Below, piece by piece: positions 58,924 through 64,000 of a DNA stretch of 64,000 nt (positions are counted from its first letter, which is position 1; each line of letters begins with the position of its first letter). Made by a program: the position numbers and the translations under genes. The stretch is from an uncultured Gammaproteobacteria bacterium (GTDB taxonomy: Bacteria > Pseudomonadota > Gammaproteobacteria > Steroidobacterales > UBA11654). The stretch is from NCBI GenBank assembly GCA_937801655.1, contig CALMWC010000007.1:25117-89116 (forward strand), read 5' to 3'. The notes beneath the pieces are model-generated. The model worked only from the letters and a program-made list of their open reading frames with translations. It was not told the origin of the DNA and did not search any database.

Positions 58924-60086
58924 TTACGAGATGAAATTAATTGGATTTCCAGATTCCCAGGACCTGCAGGTAGGACACTGCCAAGATAATGCTATGGTTT
59001 TATAACCACAATTGTTGCATGTATATTTATAGTTATTCTTGGTTGCCTTATGCAAACTTTGCCTTAGGTTTGAGATAAAATCTTGATTGTTTATTGTTGT
59101 AGTAAAAGAAGCTTCATTAAATTTAAGTATTTCATTGTAGTATATTTGCTTTGAAATATATTCAATCAATGATGTGGTAATAATTTTTTGATCTAATTCT
59201 AGATTCATTATAGACAGATGGGCTAGGGATTCGTTTACCTCAGGTTTTTCTTTGATTATATTTTCTATAACAGATATAACTTTATCTTCTTCATTGGATT
59301 CTTTTGATAGTTTAAATAATATTGGCAGTAGTAAAAGATGTCCAAGTTTTGATACTTTGGATAGGTTTTCATAATGTTTAATTGCATTAGTTAAATTTTT
59401 ATTATCAACTTCAATTCTTGTCTGGAGAAAATATGCTCTAATTGAATGATTGTTTTGAGCTTTTGCTTTATTAATGTATTCAATTGATAATTCTTGGTTA
59501 TCAGACTTTAGATGATCATCTGCTATTTGACATAAGTAATGAGTAATCATTGTATTAGAATCATTCAGTGGATCAATATCAATCAATTCTTCAAGAGCAA
59601 TAAGAGCGTTATCCCATTCAGATGTGTATTCATAAATCTTAATGAGTTTTCTTAAAGACGATATTTCATGATGACTTTATTGTTTTTAGCTTTAGAAATA
59701 TATTTTCTGATTTATCATAAATACCAGCTGCAAAGTAATCTTCAGCTAGTTCTTCTAATGTTTGATAATAATGATACTCATTCAATTGATCTTTTTTTAA
59801 TATCATTTCATGAAGTTTTATAGCTTTATCGATATTTCCTTGTCTTCTAAATAAGACTCCTAAAGCTAGATGAGTTTCAATCGTATCATCGTCTATATTA
59901 ATGATTTTAGAGAAAAGATTTATAGCTTTATCTGATTTTTCATCAAGTAAATACTTAAGTCCAATTAAATAATCTGGGTTAATTACATTTGTATCATCTT
60001 TATCAATGAATCTGAGGTAAAGATAGCTAGCAAGACCAAATAGAATAAAAATGGCTGCTAGAGTAGATTGTATTTTCTGATGGCAT
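58924..60086 (-). pseudogene. lapB: LPS assembly protein LapB (YciM), split by two apparent frameshifts (probably sequencing artefacts)
   Basis: Hand translation gives TM, PDYLIGLKYLLDEKSDKAI, ETHLALGVLFRRQGNIDKAI, then LIKIYEYTSEWDNA and rubredoxin CNNCG...CPTC; shifts near 60074 and 59680. Confidence 0.85.
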
Positions 60087-60108
60087 TGATTGCTATTACC
60101 AAAGAATA

Positions 60109-60399
60109 TTACTTACCTTCATTAACTATTTGTTTTAGTTTTTTACCAGGTTTAAAGTGTGGAACATAGCGTTCTGCTATTTCAACTGACTCACCTGATT
60201 TAGGATTTCTACCAATTCTTGATTTTCTATATCGCAATGCAAAGCTACCAAAGCCTCTTATTTCTATCCTTTTACCTGATGCTAGTGATTCTAGCATTGA
60301 ATTGATAATAGTTTTAATTGCTAAATCTATGTCACGCTGTGGTAACTGATCTTGATCTTTGGATATTAATTCAATTAAATCTTTTTTATTAATGTTCAT
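60109..60399 (-). CDS. ihfB: Integration host factor beta
   Basis: RIEIRGFGSF, GRNPKSGE and VPHFKPGK motifs. Confidence 0.97.
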   Translation of the reverse strand: MNINKKDLIELISKDQDQLPQRDIDLAIKTIINSMLESLASGKRIEIRGFGSFALRYRKSRIGRNPKSGESVEIAERYVPHFKPGKKLKQIVNEGK

Positions 60400-60447
60400 T
60401 TATTAATTACATCAAAAATAAGTAAAAAAAGGAACTATATTAAATAA

Positions 60448-62124
60448 TTAATCTTTTTTAAATTTTGATTTTAAGAGTTCCCCTAAACTAGTTTTTGAAA
60501 TAGATTCTTTTTCATCTGCTTTATAAGAATCAATGGCTTCCCTTTCTTCCTTCTCTTCTTTTGCTTTAATGGATAGTTTTAAAGTTCTACTTTTTCTATC
60601 AGATCCTATAATTTTAGCTTCTATTTCATCGTTTGGTTTAAAGATAGTCCTCATATCTTCCACTTTATCTCTAGATACTTCTGAGACATTAAGAATTCCT
60701 TTTATTTCTTTATCTATTAGTATTAGAGCATTTCTTTCATCTACTTCACTAACAATGCCTTTTATAATTGATCCTCTGGGATTGGATTGATTGAATTCTA
60801 AAAACACATCTGCATTTAACTGCTTAATACCTAAAGAAATTCTTTGTCTGTTGGCCTCAATTGAAAGTATGGATGATTCTATTTCATCAGATTTTTTGAA
60901 TTGTGATAGGTCAATATTATCTTCTTCATTCCATGAAATATCTGATATATGTATGAGTCCATCTATTCCACCATCAAGTTCAACAAATATTCCAAAATCA
61001 GTAATGGATTTAATTTTACCTATTATCTTGCTTCCTATAGAATTATTTTCAGCAAAATTCTTCCATGGATTATCTTTGCATTGTTTGATTCCTAATGAAA
61101 CTCTTCTTTTTTCATTATCAATATCAAGAATCATGACAGTTACTTGATCGCCAATATTTGCTATTTTATAGGGGTTTGGGTTGCTGTTGGTCCAATTAAT
61201 TTCAGAAACATGCACTAATCCCTCGATGCCTTCTTCTATTTCAACAAATAAACCATAGTCAGTTATATTGGAGATCATACAATCTATTTTGTTTCCTATT
61301 TGATGCTTGCTTATAATTTTCTTCCAAGGGTCTTCATCCAGTTGTTTTAGTCCTAAGGACACTCTGTATTTTTCTCTATCTATGGATATTATTTTAACTT
61401 TAACTTTATCTGCCATAGAAAGTATTTCAGATGGGTGTTTGATTTTTTTCCAAGCTATGTCTGTAATATGAAGTAATCCATCCAATCCTCCCAAATCTAT
61501 AAATGCGCCATAATCTGTTAGATTCTTTACTATTCCTTCTATTATTTGTCCTTCTGTTAGTTTTGAAATAATTTCTGATTTATTTTCTAGGGTGTCTCCT
61601 TGCAATGCACCTTTTCTAGAAACCACAATATTATTTGTTTTTCTTTCGGCTTTAATAATTTTAAATTCAGAGACTGTTCCTTCTAGATACTGTGTATCTC
61701 TTACTGGTCTTATGTCTACAAGTGAGCCAGGCAAAAATGCATTAATTTGATCAATGAGTACAGTGAAACCTCCTTTTACTCTGGTTTGAATATAGCCTGA
61801 GATAATTTCATCTTCATTCTTTGCATTGATGATATTTGCCCAGGTGGTTTCATTTTTTGCTTTTTGTCTGGATAGTCTTGTTGTCCCGTCACCATTTTCA
61901 ATTTCTTCAATGACAACTTCAACGTTATCACCCACTTGAATCTCAATTTCACCACCCGGATTTTTGAATTGGTTAAGACCTACAAATGATTCTGATTTTA
62001 GTCCTGCATTAAGTACTGCATGATCATCGGTTATCTCAATTACTGATGCTTCTATTAATTGTCCTTTTTTTATAGTTTTACTATATTCGCTATTCTCAAA
62101 TAAGCTTTCAAAATTTTCATTCAT
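60448..62124 (-). CDS. rpsA: 30S ribosomal protein S1
   Basis: Six S1 repeats; AFLPGSLVD and DYGAFIDLGGLDGLLHITD motifs. Confidence 0.98.
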   Translation of the reverse strand: MNENFESLFENSEYSKTIKKGQLIEASVIEITDDHAVLNAGLKSESFVGLNQFKNPGGEIEIQVGDNVEVVIEEIENGDGTTRLSRQKAKNETTWANIINAKNEDEIISGYIQTRVKGGFTVLIDQINAFLPGSLVDIRPVRDTQYLEGTVSEFKIIKAERKTNNIVVSRKGALQGDTLENKSEIISKLTEGQIIEGIVKNLTDYGAFIDLGGLDGLLHITDIAWKKIKHPSEILSMADKVKVKIISIDREKYRVSLGLKQLDEDPWKKIISKHQIGNKIDCMISNITDYGLFVEIEEGIEGLVHVSEINWTNSNPNPYKIANIGDQVTVMILDIDNEKRRVSLGIKQCKDNPWKNFAENNSIGSKIIGKIKSITDFGIFVELDGGIDGLIHISDISWNEEDNIDLSQFKKSDEIESSILSIEANRQRISLGIKQLNADVFLEFNQSNPRGSIIKGIVSEVDERNALILIDKEIKGILNVSEVSRDKVEDMRTIFKPNDEIEAKIIGSDRKSRTLKLSIKAKEEKEEREAIDSYKADEKESISKTSLGELLKSKFKKD

Positions 62125-62126
62125 TT

Positions 62127-62789
62127 TTATTTATTTATATATTTTAATGTTTTATCAAATACTTCATTAATTGTTAATTTATCTGTATCTATTATATATG
62201 CATCAGTAGGTATAACTAATGGTGATATCTTTCTAGATACATCTCTACTATCTCTATTGTCTAACTCTTCAATTAGATGCGGAAGGCTAACATTAATTCC
62301 CTTCTGCTTCAACTGCTTATGTCTTCTTTGAGCTTTAATTTCATTTGAAGCTGTTAAGAATATTTTTATTTGTGAATTTTTAAATATAACGCTTCCCATA
62401 TCTCTGCCTTCAGCAATTAGACCAGGTTCTTTGTAAAAGGATCTCTGTAATCCTATCAAAGATTTTCTAACATCAATATTTGATGAAATTATTGATGCTC
62501 GTGTAGCACATTTCTCATTATTAATTTCTTCAGTAATATCTTTATCGTTACAGATAATTTTAAATTCCTTATTAGCAGTTATAAATCTAATATTTAGAAT
62601 AGAGATAAGAGATATGATTTCTTTAATATTATCAGTGTTAATGTTTTCAATTTCAGATAAGTATGCAACTGCCCTGTATATAGATCCACTATTTAAATAG
62701 TTAAGACATAAGTGATTTGCTAGTGATAATGCAAGCGTACCCTTACCTACTCCACTAGGACCGTCTATAGTGATTATCTGTAAATTCAT
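62127..62789 (-). CDS. cmk: Cytidylate kinase
   Basis: ITIDGPSGVGKGT, EGRDMG and KIFLTAS motifs. Confidence 0.96.
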   Translation of the reverse strand: MNLQIITIDGPSGVGKGTLALSLANHLCLNYLNSGSIYRAVAYLSEIENINTDNIKEIISLISILNIRFITANKEFKIICNDKDITEEINNEKCATRASIISSNIDVRKSLIGLQRSFYKEPGLIAEGRDMGSVIFKNSQIKIFLTASNEIKAQRRHKQLKQKGINVSLPHLIEELDNRDSRDVSRKISPLVIPTDAYIIDTDKLTINEVFDKTLKYINK

Positions 62790-64000
62790 AATTCTTTTTG
62801 AATGATATTCATTCCAATTGAATTCATAAGAGTAATAAATGATGGGAAAGAAGTATTAATATTCTCACAGTTTTCTACTTCTATTTTTTCTTTTGCAACC
62901 GATGAGGCAACCAATGCCGTCATAGCGATTCGATGATCCCCAAAAGAATCAACTAAGCCCCCACTGATAGTTCCACCTTTTATTATTAATCCATCTTGAT
63001 ACTCATTAACTTCTACAGATAGATTTTTAAGTAGATCTACCATAGATTTAATTCTATCAGATTCCTTAAAGCGTAATTCTTCAGCGTTTCTTATTGTGGT
63101 TTCACCGGTAGCAACAGACGCAGCTAAAAATATTAATGGAAGTTCATCAATTGCTAGTGAGATAAGTTCATTTGGAACTTTTATACCAATTAGTTTAGAG
63201 GAAGAAACTATTACATTCCCAGTCGCTTCATAACTATTATTAGTAATCTCTATATCAATATCTGCACCCATAAGTTGAAGAATATTTATCAATCCTGTTC
63301 TAGTTGGGTTTAGCCCTACATCACGAATTACTATTCTAGAATCTTCTGATAATAATGCTGCAATAATAAAAAAAGATGCAGATGAAAAATCACCAGGCAC
63401 TTTAATTATATTTGGACTTTGAAGTCTTCCAGGATTAACTTCAATGCTATTTTTATTTTAGATATTGGGTAATTAAAGAGTCCCAACATATTTTCAGTGT
63501 GATCTCTAGTTACTGTATCTGTGTGAAGAATGGTCTTATTTCTACAAAATAATGAAGCTAGAATTATCGCAGATTTTATTTGAGCACTAGGTATATTAAG
63601 CTTGTAGTCAATTCCATTTAATGAACCTAGAGGCGGCTTAATTGTTACTGGTGCATTACCATTATTAGTTGAAATATTAGCACCCATTAGTCTTAGAGGA
63701 GAAGCAACTCTCTCCATTGGCCTCTTAAGCAATGAATTATCACCGGTTAATGTAGTGTTAAATTTTTGGGATGCTAGTATGCCCATGAATAATCTTATAG
63801 ATGTACCAGAGTTGCCAAAATCTAGTTCCTTATTTGGTTCTGATAATCCATCTATACCAAGACCTTTTATTTCTATGCACTTTTGATTAGCCACTATATT
63901 TAATCCAAGTGACTTACTGACATCAATTGTTCGCCTAACATCTTCAGATTCCAGTAAGTTATGTATTGTCGTCTGACCTTCGCATAGCATAGAGAATATT
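62786..64000 (-). pseudogene. aroA: EPSP synthase, 5'-truncated by window, one apparent frameshift near 63457 (probably artefact)
   Basis: GNSGTSIRL, RPMERV, SAQIKS and RDHTE in one frame; PGDFSSA, DELP, KESDRI and DHRIAM in another; the join falls in an A-run. Confidence 0.93.

Noticed and set aside
58796-59005. 69-aa ORF MVERLTVNQ...
   Set aside because: Translation of the tRNA-Asn gene and antisense lapB

Overview
AT-rich, tightly packed chromosomal segment of a streamlined Gammaproteobacterium, probably marine (the lineage is an inference from gene order and composition). Left to right: partial M24 peptidase; a stand-alone phage-type holin plus lytic transglycosylase pair with no other phage genes; mscS; a hydantoinase/oxoprolinase A+B, HMG-CoA-lyase-like, VOC, TonB-receptor and TSUP catabolic locus; a TtpC-type TonB2 operon; an attenuator-controlled ilvC-leuA-ilvE-leuCDB operon; a YerC/TrpR-like regulator plus hisGDC(NB)HAF-E operon (no hisI; hisF appears to start at ATT); an uninterrupted minus-strand run glpE-fdsGBA-thrS-infC-rpmI-rplT-pheST-ihfA-merR-tRNA-Pro (PheT lacks its B2 domain, ThrS has an altered editing motif); ubiM and assorted hydrolases/oxidoreductases; tRNA-Val; small accessory genes; uvrB, an aminotransferase, tRNA-Asn; and lapB-ihfB-rpsA-cmk-aroA. 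Four apparent single-base frameshifts (leuB end, two in lapB, aroA) are probably sequencing errors. No CRISPR array, IS element, integrase or rRNA was seen. All family calls come from motif recognition, not database searches.
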